Source of the DNA: Candidatus Thorarchaeota archaeon
GTDB lineage: Archaea > Asgardarchaeota > Thorarchaeia > Thorarchaeales > Thorarchaeaceae
DNA length: 50,879 nt
NCBI GenBank assembly: GCA_016839605.1
Contig: JAEOTX010000051.1
Location: 1-50,879 of the forward strand
Direction of reading: 5' to 3'
The position numbers and the translations under genes were made by a program. Shown one piece after another: positions 37,046 through 46,513 of this stretch (positions within the stretch are counted from its first letter, which is position 1; each line of letters opens with the position of its first letter). The notes under the pieces are model-generated. The model was not told the DNA's origin, ran no database searches, and was given only the letters and a program-made list of their open reading frames with translations.

Positions 37046-38983
37046 TTATCCTACTAGACGTCTTCGCCATAGGATTGGTATGCTAACAAGAGAAACCGAT
37101 ATGCCCAGGCTAAGAGTAAGGATTGGAATTCCCACTCCTTGAGCAGCCATTGCCTCTGCTTCAGAGATGATAATGATGTGGTATCCAGTGGAAGAGTGTG
37201 TGAATGGAGCTTCCTCTGTTTCATAATAGAGATTATAGACGCCTGATGCTGCCGGAATACGTAGCCCGAATTCAACAATGCCGGACACTTGACTTAGAGC
37301 AAGGCTTCTATGACTCAGCCATTCATAGTGCATTTCAATATTACCTAGGAGAGTGCCATTTAGGGCTATGATAGATAGTTGAACTGAAATTTCTTGAAGA
37401 GCTGTTGAAACAGAATAACTAACAAGATTCACAGCCACTGGTACTATCCTACTCACAATGATTTCATATTCCAGACTTGTTGGCAGTTCGTATTCCAATA
37501 TACTACCATTATAGCTTATGACCAATTGATGTAATCCCTCCAATAATGGTAGTTCGAATGTTTCCTCTGCAATGCCGTTGTGATTTGTTGTGGAAATAGC
37601 TACTAAACGATCTCCAATATGCCATTCAATTGGTCCGTTTGGTATCTGAATTCCACTAGCGTTGAGCTGAATTTGGAATGTCGCATCTTGAGAAGGGGAG
37701 GCATAACCAAGTATGCTTTGATGGATCATGAAGAGATTTGGTTTGGACCAGACTGTCACCAAGATTGTTCCTGTCTTATTTGTTAGGAAAGGACTGTCCA
37801 GAACTGTGATTTGCATATGTCTGGGCCCAAGAAGACCATCGAAGATGATTTGAGAGGTGGCAATAGTCTGTCCGTGAGAAAATGAAATCAGATATGACTC
37901 TTGAGTGAGTTCATCGAACAATGTGATAGTGGCATTAGGGACCGGTCTCTGTAGGATATCATAGAAGACTACTTGGACTTCTGTTTCAACTCCTGCTTGA
38001 ACCAACTCTGGTAACTGCACAAGGATCACTGCAGGACTTATCACGGTTATCTCAAGTTCAAGATATGAAGCAGCATAACGGAATGTCCCTGTGTACTCTA
38101 TCTTAAGAATATGAATCCCAAGTATGTATCGTGAGTCAATATCCAGACTCAGAGTGGCTAGACCATTGCTATCGCTTACAAGCGCATCAATTGGGTTTCC
38201 ATCAAGAAACACTACAAGTGACGCATTAGAGTGGTTTTCACCCTCAGCCTGAAGTATCATCTGCATCCAGAATGAGTCATTCAATTGAACTTCAGAATTG
38301 TAAACGCCCTGAGTGTCAAGAGATGTTGTGACTTGTTGAACAATAATTGGTATTGAATTCTCAGAAGTATTCAGAAAACGGCCTAGGTCCTGCTCATAGA
38401 CTACTCTCAATGTGTTTTCGCCAATTGTACACCACGAAGCATTACAATCTATGATGAAAGTCACATAGCCACTGATATTAGATAACGCGGCTGATAGCAG
38501 AATGTTATCTCTATAGACAGCCATCGAAGCACCAGCAATGGAAACATTATGATCATCAACAATTCTGGCAGTTAGAATGATTTCATCATCTGGATGAACA
38601 GCTTGTTCGTCAATTCGGACTTCCAAATATGTATGAGAAACTACGATAACAGATAACCATTGGTATGAAGAGGCAAGAAAGAGGGAAGCATTACCTTCGA
38701 AAGTCACATTTAGTAGAGATAAGCCCAAAGGATGATTAATCGAAACGTTCCAAAGCACAGTTGCATAGCCATTGGAGTCTGTTACTGCAGACCCTATGAA
38801 AATGTCTAAGGTCTGATCATAGAAGAGAAGATGCTGGCTGATTACTGGATCTCCAAAGGTTCCGTTCTGAAGAAGCCTTGCAGTGATAGGCACTAACTCC
38901 CCACGGGCTACGATAGGGATTTCTTCAGCAGATACTACCTCTGCAGTTATACTAGATATGAAGAACAGTGCTACAAATACCAT
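37046..38983 (-). CDS. Membrane-anchored surface protein with Ig-like (Big-type) repeats
   Basis: N-terminal signal peptide; repeats with TDSNGYA/SNISGYV/SDSNGLA/TNHNGIA and LGxHxLxxxYxG; C-terminal TM helix followed by WRRR. An in-frame CTG at 39010 after GAGGTGA may be the true start. Confidence 0.85.
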   Translation of the reverse strand: MVFVALFFISSITAEVVSAEEIPIVARGELVPITARLLQNGTFGDPVISQHLLFYDQTLDIFIGSAVTDSNGYATVLWNVSINHPLGLSLLNVTFEGNASLFLASSYQWLSVIVVSHTYLEVRIDEQAVHPDDEIILTARIVDDHNVSIAGASMAVYRDNILLSAALSNISGYVTFIIDCNASWCTIGENTLRVVYEQDLGRFLNTSENSIPIIVQQVTTSLDTQGVYNSEVQLNDSFWMQMILQAEGENHSNASLVVFLDGNPIDALVSDSNGLATLSLDIDSRYILGIHILKIEYTGTFRYAASYLELEITVISPAVILVQLPELVQAGVETEVQVVFYDILQRPVPNATITLFDELTQESYLISFSHGQTIATSQIIFDGLLGPRHMQITVLDSPFLTNKTGTILVTVWSKPNLFMIHQSILGYASPSQDATFQIQLNASGIQIPNGPIEWHIGDRLVAISTTNHNGIAEETFELPLLEGLHQLVISYNGSILEYELPTSLEYEIIVSRIVPVAVNLVSYSVSTALQEISVQLSIIALNGTLLGNIEMHYEWLSHRSLALSQVSGIVEFGLRIPAASGVYNLYYETEEAPFTHSSTGYHIIIISEAEAMAAQGVGIPILTLSLGISVSLVSIPILWRRRLVG

Positions 38984-39243
38984 GACTAATCCTGTGCAGA
39001 CTCGCTTCAGATGCAGTCACCTCGTGATGTGTATTGGGATAATTCTCCGCAATGATTACACAAACAACTCATGCATAATCAGTTCTGAGTTCTCTCATGA
39101 GTCTGCATTCTTGTTTTTAACCTCCTATCGAACAGCGAGATTCCGGGGGGAGTTCATATGTAATCGTAATTCATCAAGAGTAGACTGACTGTAGAGTCAC
39201 GAAGACTTTCACAGGGCTCTGACTCCGGAAGGGTGATGACGCG

Positions 39244-42200
39244 ATGTCCAGCCATGTATTGAGCGAGGGAAGCCGATTTAAAGCACCCAGAAAAGCACAT
39301 CCGAGGTTATGGAGATGGATTGAGATTGGGTGGCTGTCCGGTATTATGGTCTTGACCATTTACTTTGTAGTGGTCTACCTACTCCCACTCTCAAGGCTAA
39401 TTGATCCTGTTTCAATTCCTTCCAAGCTGGCCATCGAAATCATAATTTCCTTATACCCAGTCTTGCTGGGCGGACTTTTAGTTCGTGGAAAGATTAGTTC
39501 TGAACAGATGCTGACAGCTGTCATAGAGGATGACTTGGTTTCAGTACATGTAGGAGATTATGTGATAGCGACATGCTGTCTTGATATCATCTCCGCTCCC
39601 GGATCGGTGCTTGTTACGAGAAATGATCGGCCAGAATATGCAACTGCATTCCTTCTTGCTCTTCGTGCAGGAATGGATAACAAAGTCAGCATGGCATATG
39701 AGGTCGGGGTCTGGGAAGGTGAGGTGTTTCTTCGAATTTTCATAACTGGATCAGGCAAGAGTATGCAGGAGGTTGAGAACACTCTTAGACGTGAAGCAAC
39801 CCGAACTGAGGCCATTTTGCTCTCCTCTCTCAATAATGTAGAACTCCAACAGCTTAGAGGGGATGACCTGAGTGAGGCGGTTTCTGGAATATTGTCACTG
39901 GACCTAGAGAGTGGTTCAGAACTAGTACCTGAAAAAATGCATACAGCGTTGTTATTGATTACTGGAGAGCCACGTGTTTCACCCAGTCTAGAAAGCTCTC
40001 AAATCGGGACTTTCATCTCCACTTCGCTTCGCCAAGGGTACAATGTAAGCTTCACATGCGTTTTTTCAAAGGCTAAGCCTGGACGTGAACAAAGAAAGCT
40101 GGAAGGACATTGGAAGACAATACGGGAGAAAGAGAAGAGAAATGAAGACTCCTTAGCAGACCACTCAGAAAAGAAGAAGCTATTACGTAGTTATGAGGAA
40201 ATACAGGGAAATGCAGGCTGGTTTGATTCTTCGGTTTCCCTTGCGATAAGAGCAGACACTCCCGATCAGCTATCAAGCACTCAAGAGGGTGTGGCTGGTG
40301 TTGTTCAATCAATATGGGGAGGAGAGGACGCACTCAAACTGAAACAGAAAAGCATCGGAAAAAGGGCTGTTTACAAGCTCCTTCTTAGACGACATATCGC
40401 ATCGCAGAGAATTCATGTCAGTAGATTGGCTGCCTTCTTGAATACTCCAGTTCAACAGTTACCGGTTATCACTGCATCTCCGGTTCCTGGCTTTTCCATC
40501 CCCTCGAAAGAATTTGTGAATAATGAGCTCATCATCGGAAAAGCTGTATTTGGAGGGCGCCGTCTAAATGATGTCGGTCTCAGACCCGAGTGGCTTCGAG
40601 AACATGTTGCGGTGATGGGTGCAACCGGCACAGGCAAGACTACTCTTGTTAAACACCTAATTGCAGAACTCAGTACGAAATCGAGTGTTCCATGGTGGAT
40701 ATTTGATATAAAGGGATCAGAATATCACGAATTAGTGGATTTATGTGACAATGACGTTCTTGTGTTGAAACCTGGGACAGACCCATCATTCGTGATTGAC
40801 TTTATGGACCCAGAGGTTGATTCTGGTGAAAGGCATGCCCACACGACCTTTGCAATCTTGAAAGAGCTGCTGAAAGAAAGAGGTGTGTCTTCAGAGCTAT
40901 CGCCTGCTATGGAGAAGCTTCTCCGTGAGGCAGTCCTTGAAATTGCACGTTCTTCAGATAACGGTAACTCAATTCAAGCACTTACTCAAGCAGTATCCGA
41001 GCTTGCAGAGAAAGACCGTACTGGTACCATGACCAGAGATGCACTCCTCAATCGATTGGAGATACTGTCACGCGAACCGCTTGGGAGTATTCTAAGTGGC
41101 GGTCGAAAAGCCCTTAGGATTTCAGATCTCATAGACAGACGAGTGATTCTTGATTTACAGCATGTCGCAAGAACTGGGGGCATGGAAGCAGCTCGCTTAC
41201 TCTATAATCTCATTGCCAAACGCATCTTTGATTGTGCACTGCATCGAGGCATAAGGCCTGGACTTCATCATCTAGTGATACTCGAAGAGGCTAGTAATCT
41301 TGTACCTGAAAGCTATACCAGACATACAGCTGCGGATGTGACAACGGGTGAATCTATGGTGATGCTCCAACGGGCTACCGGACAAGGAGTTATCATTATC
41401 TCAACTCGACCGAATGTGTCTTCAAACATTTTGGCAAATACAGCTACGAAAATCACTTTCCGTCTCCCCTATGACAGTCCCATCGGTGCAAGATTCATGT
41501 CACTAGATGAAGAACAGGAACGATATCTGAAGACACTGAAACGTGGAAGAGCATTGATTGTTTTGCCCGGAAGCGAGCCGTTCGAGATCGCTACACGACC
41601 ATTTGAAATGGCATCCGTTTTGAAGAAACCCATTGAGTCTTTGACGGATGATGAAACCAGAATTGAAGTCGAATCTGATGATGGCAGGGAATCCTCTCTC
41701 GAATATGATATGGAAGCTCAATCAAGACATGTTAGTGCTTCCAAGTCAATAGGAGCGGTCTATGACAGATTAGGAGAGCTAGGATCACATGTTGTGGCGT
41801 TTCTTGCCGCTCGGAGTATGGGAACTCAAGCAGAAATCCAAGGTATTTTGGCATCAATAGATCCTAGGATAGAGGATGATGACATAAGTGAGGTCATTCG
41901 TGATTTGGTATCCTTAGGAACAATTGAGAGAGAGGGATTATCGCTTGTGCCAGGTGACTTCATATTCACTCTGCCGGGCAAAGGACTTGATGCAGTGAGA
42001 ACAGCAATAACTGACTACATCATTGAAAAGCTCGGACTGCTTGATACTACGTGGGAACGGAATTCGGATGAAGGACCGGATATCATTCTTGATGATAGAG
42101 CCATTCTAATAATCCCTCAGCATCTCAAAGCGTCATCAATGAAAACAACTCTTTCCAAGATTCGGAATTATATGAACAATTTGGGGAATAATGTCATAGA

Positions 42201-43035
42201 GTTAATTGTGATTGTTAGAGGAAGTGTTGCCGCAGCCAAGCTTAGAGAAGTCATGGATGAAACGAACGAATTTGAAGCAGTCAGCATAGTTTCAGCATTT
42301 CCTAGTTCACTTGAAACAATGATTGAGAACTTAGTAATGGGGACCTCAACCAATGTAGAGTTGACAACTGATGACAATGAGATGGCCCAAGATAATGCAG
42401 GAGTTAATCTCATTGGGGCTATGCATGATGTTGGAACAGCCACAAACCGAGCAATACAGATGCGTCTGTGGTTTCAGCTGATTCAGGATTTTGTAGATTT
42501 GTCTAATGGTAGAACAGAATGGAGTGTCTTGTTGGAGTTCATTGAAACAACCGCTCTGCAATCACTCAAGGGAAAGTCCACCCCAATGAATGCAGAAGAA
42601 GGAAAACGTGCATTGACAGAGCTTCTGGCCGATGAAGTCTTGATGGCCCTCCGTGTTGGAAATGATTTTGATTTCATTGATCTAGATGAAGGACTTTGGA
42701 TAGTGAACTCAGGTGAATTAGGAAAGCTCAAGGATTCCGCCGTCAATGCTCTGGAGCAAGAACTGCAAAAACGACAAAGCTCGGTTTCTCGTAACCATGG
42801 CTACTACGATCTTTGCACAAATGGTATTTCCTATGTTGTCTTCCCGAATCAACAACAGCTCAACACGTTGCTTCATCTTCAGAGTGATATTGCATGTAGA
42901 ACTTGCAAATCAGAACGAATTGTATGTGTGTTGACCGCTGCAGAGTATCTTGAGGAAACTGTTGTCTTGCCAGATAACATCCTGCTTTATGACTTCTCAG
43001 AGTATGTTGCTGTGGCTAGTGCTACAGGACATTAA
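39244..43035 (+). CDS. Membrane-anchored VirB4/HerA-FtsK superfamily ATPase (CedB-like), 1263 aa
   Basis: Two N-terminal TM helices; VirB4-like N-domain; HVAVMGATGTGKTT, FDIKGSEY, LEEASNL, ILANTATKITFRL; ~450-aa C-terminal extension. Confidence 0.8.
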   Translation: MSSHVLSEGSRFKAPRKAHPRLWRWIEIGWLSGIMVLTIYFVVVYLLPLSRLIDPVSIPSKLAIEIIISLYPVLLGGLLVRGKISSEQMLTAVIEDDLVSVHVGDYVIATCCLDIISAPGSVLVTRNDRPEYATAFLLALRAGMDNKVSMAYEVGVWEGEVFLRIFITGSGKSMQEVENTLRREATRTEAILLSSLNNVELQQLRGDDLSEAVSGILSLDLESGSELVPEKMHTALLLITGEPRVSPSLESSQIGTFISTSLRQGYNVSFTCVFSKAKPGREQRKLEGHWKTIREKEKRNEDSLADHSEKKKLLRSYEEIQGNAGWFDSSVSLAIRADTPDQLSSTQEGVAGVVQSIWGGEDALKLKQKSIGKRAVYKLLLRRHIASQRIHVSRLAAFLNTPVQQLPVITASPVPGFSIPSKEFVNNELIIGKAVFGGRRLNDVGLRPEWLREHVAVMGATGTGKTTLVKHLIAELSTKSSVPWWIFDIKGSEYHELVDLCDNDVLVLKPGTDPSFVIDFMDPEVDSGERHAHTTFAILKELLKERGVSSELSPAMEKLLREAVLEIARSSDNGNSIQALTQAVSELAEKDRTGTMTRDALLNRLEILSREPLGSILSGGRKALRISDLIDRRVILDLQHVARTGGMEAARLLYNLIAKRIFDCALHRGIRPGLHHLVILEEASNLVPESYTRHTAADVTTGESMVMLQRATGQGVIIISTRPNVSSNILANTATKITFRLPYDSPIGARFMSLDEEQERYLKTLKRGRALIVLPGSEPFEIATRPFEMASVLKKPIESLTDDETRIEVESDDGRESSLEYDMEAQSRHVSASKSIGAVYDRLGELGSHVVAFLAARSMGTQAEIQGILASIDPRIEDDDISEVIRDLVSLGTIEREGLSLVPGDFIFTLPGKGLDAVRTAITDYIIEKLGLLDTTWERNSDEGPDIILDDRAILIIPQHLKASSMKTTLSKIRNYMNNLGNNVIELIVIVRGSVAAAKLREVMDETNEFEAVSIVSAFPSSLETMIENLVMGTSTNVELTTDDNEMAQDNAGVNLIGAMHDVGTATNRAIQMRLWFQLIQDFVDLSNGRTEWSVLLEFIETTALQSLKGKSTPMNAEEGKRALTELLADEVLMALRVGNDFDFIDLDEGLWIVNSGELGKLKDSAVNALEQELQKRQSSVSRNHGYYDLCTNGISYVVFPNQQQLNTLLHLQSDIACRTCKSERIVCVLTAAEYLEETVVLPDNILLYDFSEYVAVASATGH

Positions 43036-43044
43036 TCATTCAAT

Positions 43045-43848
43045 CTAGAAACGGATTCTTGTGCATGGCGGGGTTTTCCCAGAAAGTAATGTGGAAAGTC
43101 GACTAGGCACTCCAAGATTGAAGATTGCTATGTCCATGGCAAGACCAGACAATGTGAAGATATCTACAAGTTTTTTTTCCATCCCACCTGTGACATCTGT
43201 GGCTGAGGATGGACCTGCTTTGCCTAGAACAGAGTCTATGTTTGTAGTATCGATTATCTCTATATGGGCAGCCTCAGGATTGGTCTTAGGATCTTCTTCA
43301 AGAACTCCATCTACATCTGTTCCTATGTAGAGAGAGGTGGCTTTCATCTCTTTTGCTAGATAGACCGCAATTGTATCACCACTAAGAATAGAAGCACCAA
43401 GAGATTCGTCAAAGCAGACGTCTCCATGTGTGATGACGGTGAAACCAGACCAAATTGCCTTCTGGAAGAGTGATGTTTGAAAGTTGCTAATCTCTTTGTT
43501 ATTCAGACTAGCTACAAGAAAAGGTGGTAGTACTACTCCGTGGAGACCTGCTTCATTTAGGATTTCTTCGACAGCAAGAGAGAGAGTCGACATATTATGA
43601 CGTATTGAAGGGATTCCTTTGAGTAATTGTTCTGAGGGTGTTGAAGAGTTTCCGAAACCATGTTTGTGAGCTGCTTGATGCCCATGTGCTCCACCACCCA
43701 GAATTACTATGAGTGGTTCTGTCGAAGTCTTCAGTTCTTTGGCTATACGAAGCAAATTCTCTCGATTGACTTTGGGCGGAGATGAGTCCTTGTAGGTTAT
43801 GACTGATCCTCCCAGTTTTACTATTGTAAGCCTATTCAAATCCTGCAC
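43045..43848 (-). CDS. Isopentenyl phosphate kinase (amino-acid kinase fold)
   Basis: KLGGSVITYK, GGGAHGH, HGDV, SILSGD, TDVDGV, DVTGGM. Confidence 0.9.
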   Translation of the reverse strand: MQDLNRLTIVKLGGSVITYKDSSPPKVNRENLLRIAKELKTSTEPLIVILGGGAHGHQAAHKHGFGNSSTPSEQLLKGIPSIRHNMSTLSLAVEEILNEAGLHGVVLPPFLVASLNNKEISNFQTSLFQKAIWSGFTVITHGDVCFDESLGASILSGDTIAVYLAKEMKATSLYIGTDVDGVLEEDPKTNPEAAHIEIIDTTNIDSVLGKAGPSSATDVTGGMEKKLVDIFTLSGLAMDIAIFNLGVPSRLSTLLSGKTPPCTRIRF

Positions 43849-43901
43849 TCTCCCTTTCTGGATATGCTCATACTTATGGACATTGTTATGTAAGATTATG
43901 A

Positions 43902-43913
43902 GAACACGTGTTC
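43902..43913. promoter_or_regulatory. Perfect palindrome GAACACGTGTTC, candidate operator (copy 2)
   Basis: Lies in the divergent IPK/rps10 intergenic region; identical to 18941-18952. Confidence 0.45.
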
Positions 43914-43993
43914 CAAGTCACTCCACAAGACAACCTTTTTATCCAATTGAAATTCCGTTGCGTTATCCACCTCGTAGACGAGGCTGAATTTAC

Positions 43994-44305
43994 ATGACCC
44001 AGAAAGCACGGATTCGACTGTCAAGTACGAGTACTGAACACCTAGATGGTGTCTGCAATCAGATTAGACGAATTACTCGCAAGACGGGAGTCCGGATGTC
44101 TGGTCCGATTCCACTGCCGACACGAAGAATGGTCATTCCTACACGCAAGACTCCTTGTGGGCAAGGATCTGAATCGTGGGACAAGTGGGAGATGAGAATT
44201 CATAAACGTCTGATTGACATTGATGCGGATGAGCGTGCGATTCGTCAAATCATGCGGGTACGTATCCCGGACTCTGTCTATATTGAAATTGAACTCACTG
44301 GTTAG
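43994..44305 (+). CDS. rps10: 30S ribosomal protein uS10
   Basis: [37 protein letters not shown]. Confidence 0.98.
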   Translation: MTQKARIRLSSTSTEHLDGVCNQIRRITRKTGVRMSGPIPLPTRRMVIPTRKTPCGQGSESWDKWEMRIHKRLIDIDADERAIRQIMRVRIPDSVYIEIELTG

Positions 44306-44381
44306 GTCAATTCCCTCTACACAAACCCTTTTTGGTGGATAATATTGTTGTGTATCTATAGTGAGTCTGAGGACCTTGTAG

Positions 44382-46205
44382 ATGTGTGGTATAATAGGTG
44401 TCGTTCAGAAGCGGGGTCAAGTAGCCCCATTCCTTCATCAAGCATTAAAGCGTCTTGAATATCGAGGATACGACTCTGTAGGTGTGACAACTATTGCAGA
44501 AGACCAGCTGCATATGAAGAAAGACAAGGGTAAGATTGAGGAAGTCCATATGAAACTCAATCTCGATGAGATGCCTGGAAGTATAGGAATTGGACATACC
44601 CGATGGGCGACTCATGGGATACCATCAATGTACAATTCACATCCTCACTTTGATTGCAACAATGAGATTGCCGTGGTCCATAATGGCGTTATTGATAACT
44701 TTCTGGAACTTCGGAAGGAGCTTGCGTCAAAAGGGCATAAGTTTGGCTCTGAAACTGATACAGAAGTCATTCCCCATATGATAGAGGATTACATGGCTGA
44801 TGGCATGAATCTCACTGAAGCAATTACTGAAGTTACCAAGAGAATCGAAGGCACTTATGCTATTGTTGCTATGACAACGAAAGAGTATGGGAAAATTGTC
44901 TGTACTCGTGATGGTAATCCCCTTGTACTCGGAAGAAAGGAAGATACTACCTATGTATCATCAGATATCCCTGCATTCTTGCCAATGACTAGTGACATGA
45001 TCTTGTTACTTGATGGCGAAATTGCAGCTCTTGATACGGAAGGTGTTGTGATTCGAAAGTTATCTGATGGTACAGTTGTAGATAGAGAAACCATCGAGAT
45101 AAGCTGGACTGCCGACCAAGCTCAGAAAGGTGGATTTCCTCATTTCATGTTGAAAGAGATACACGAGCAACCAGATGCAATTCGAAATACCCTTCGTCTG
45201 AAACCGGAAATATTGCAAGATGCTGCTCAGCTGATTCTTGAAAGCAGGAATGTCTACTTTCTGGCAATGGGGACATCCGGCCATGCGGCAATAGCTGGAA
45301 AGCACATGTTTGCTTCTCTTGCTGGGATTTTACCCCGGTTCGAGCTAGCCAGTGAATTCCCTGATACTGTCTATGGTGCTTTGTCTGAAAACGATTGTAT
45401 TGTAGCCATTACTCAATCAGGTGAAACGACTGATACTATATCATCTCTCAAGTATGCAAAAGGATTCGACACGAAAGTGATAGCCATCACGAATGTTGTT
45501 GGAAGTTCGGTTACACGAATCGCCGATCACACCATTATTACACAAGCAGGTCCAGAAATTGGTGTTGCAGCCACTAAGACCTTCATGGTTCAACTCACAT
45601 CGCTAGCCCAACTAGCCCTAGTGCTTGGTGAGCTGACTGGTTCAGTAGACAAGAGAATACTGAAAGAAAAACGAAAAAGACTTGAAAAGTTACCTGAGAT
45701 TATCTCAGAAGTCATCTCGAGGAATGAAGAACAAGCCAGACGACTTGCTGGTCTTCTTCATGACAAGCCAAGCCTACTCTTCTTGGGAAGAGGCATTTCC
45801 CAGGCAACATCTGAGGAAGGAGCACTCAAACTCAAGGAGATTGCCTACAATCATGCTGAAGCGTACTCTGCAGGACAGTCCAAACATGGACCAATAGCGC
45901 TTGTTCATGATGGGTATCCTGTGATTTTTGTTGCTCCAAGAGATGAAACCAGAAATCGGATTATCGGAAATATAATGGAGATGAAAGCAAGAGGTGCGTC
46001 GATAATCTCTGTCATTGAGAGAGGCGATGAGGAGTTAGAAAGTCTCTCAGATCATTTGTTTACCATTCCCTCGGGAATCGATTCGGAATTCTCAGTTATG
46101 CCATACGTTGTGCCACTTCAGCTCTTCAGCTACTACATGGCTCGGAGAAAGGGATATGACCCTGACAAACCTCGAAACCTAGCTAAATCGGTCACTGTTC
46201 TCTAA
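44382..46205 (+). CDS. glmS: Glutamine--fructose-6-phosphate transaminase (isomerizing)
   Basis: MCGIIG, LEYRGYDS, GHTRWATHG, QSGET, GPEIGVAATKT, LKLKEI, PRNLAKSVTV. Confidence 0.98.
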   Translation: MCGIIGVVQKRGQVAPFLHQALKRLEYRGYDSVGVTTIAEDQLHMKKDKGKIEEVHMKLNLDEMPGSIGIGHTRWATHGIPSMYNSHPHFDCNNEIAVVHNGVIDNFLELRKELASKGHKFGSETDTEVIPHMIEDYMADGMNLTEAITEVTKRIEGTYAIVAMTTKEYGKIVCTRDGNPLVLGRKEDTTYVSSDIPAFLPMTSDMILLLDGEIAALDTEGVVIRKLSDGTVVDRETIEISWTADQAQKGGFPHFMLKEIHEQPDAIRNTLRLKPEILQDAAQLILESRNVYFLAMGTSGHAAIAGKHMFASLAGILPRFELASEFPDTVYGALSENDCIVAITQSGETTDTISSLKYAKGFDTKVIAITNVVGSSVTRIADHTIITQAGPEIGVAATKTFMVQLTSLAQLALVLGELTGSVDKRILKEKRKRLEKLPEIISEVISRNEEQARRLAGLLHDKPSLLFLGRGISQATSEEGALKLKEIAYNHAEAYSAGQSKHGPIALVHDGYPVIFVAPRDETRNRIIGNIMEMKARGASIISVIERGDEELESLSDHLFTIPSGIDSEFSVMPYVVPLQLFSYYMARRKGYDPDKPRNLAKSVTVL

Positions 46206-46240
46206 GGACCTTAAATCCCCTTGAGGGTAATATCTAACGT

Positions 46241-46498
46241 GTGAATCTAATGCCAGCATATCTACTTAGTCCGTTGGCTGACTTTGCCAACCTGATAGCA
46301 GGGTATTTTGTGGAAATATGGGACTTTCTGATTTTCATAGGTGGGGTTTCTGCAGCGATTGTCGTCCTCGCGGGAGCAATTCTATGGTTCACGGAGGTAA
46401 ATTCGAAACGTGGCAAGGGTCTAGTAATGAGTGGAGTACTTCTTGCAATAATCGTGCAGTACTTTGTCATCTATCCTCCTGTCTTCGGTGTTGGCTAG
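46241..46498 (+). CDS. Small two-helix membrane protein, VirB2/CedA1-like pilin candidate
   Basis: 85 aa; two hydrophobic helices separated by the basic loop TEVNSKRGKGL. Confidence 0.55.
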   Translation: MNLMPAYLLSPLADFANLIAGYFVEIWDFLIFIGGVSAAIVVLAGAILWFTEVNSKRGKGLVMSGVLLAIIVQYFVIYPPVFGVG

Positions 46499-46513
46499 AT
46501 CTTGTGTTGGACA

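Noticed and set aside
36939-37142. 67-aa ORF
   Set aside because: It lies over tRNA-Glu and its intron
36929-43035. Integrated conjugative element at tRNA-Glu
   Set aside because: No integrase or relaxase, no duplicated tRNA 3' end (att site) noticed, and the flanking genes are housekeeping
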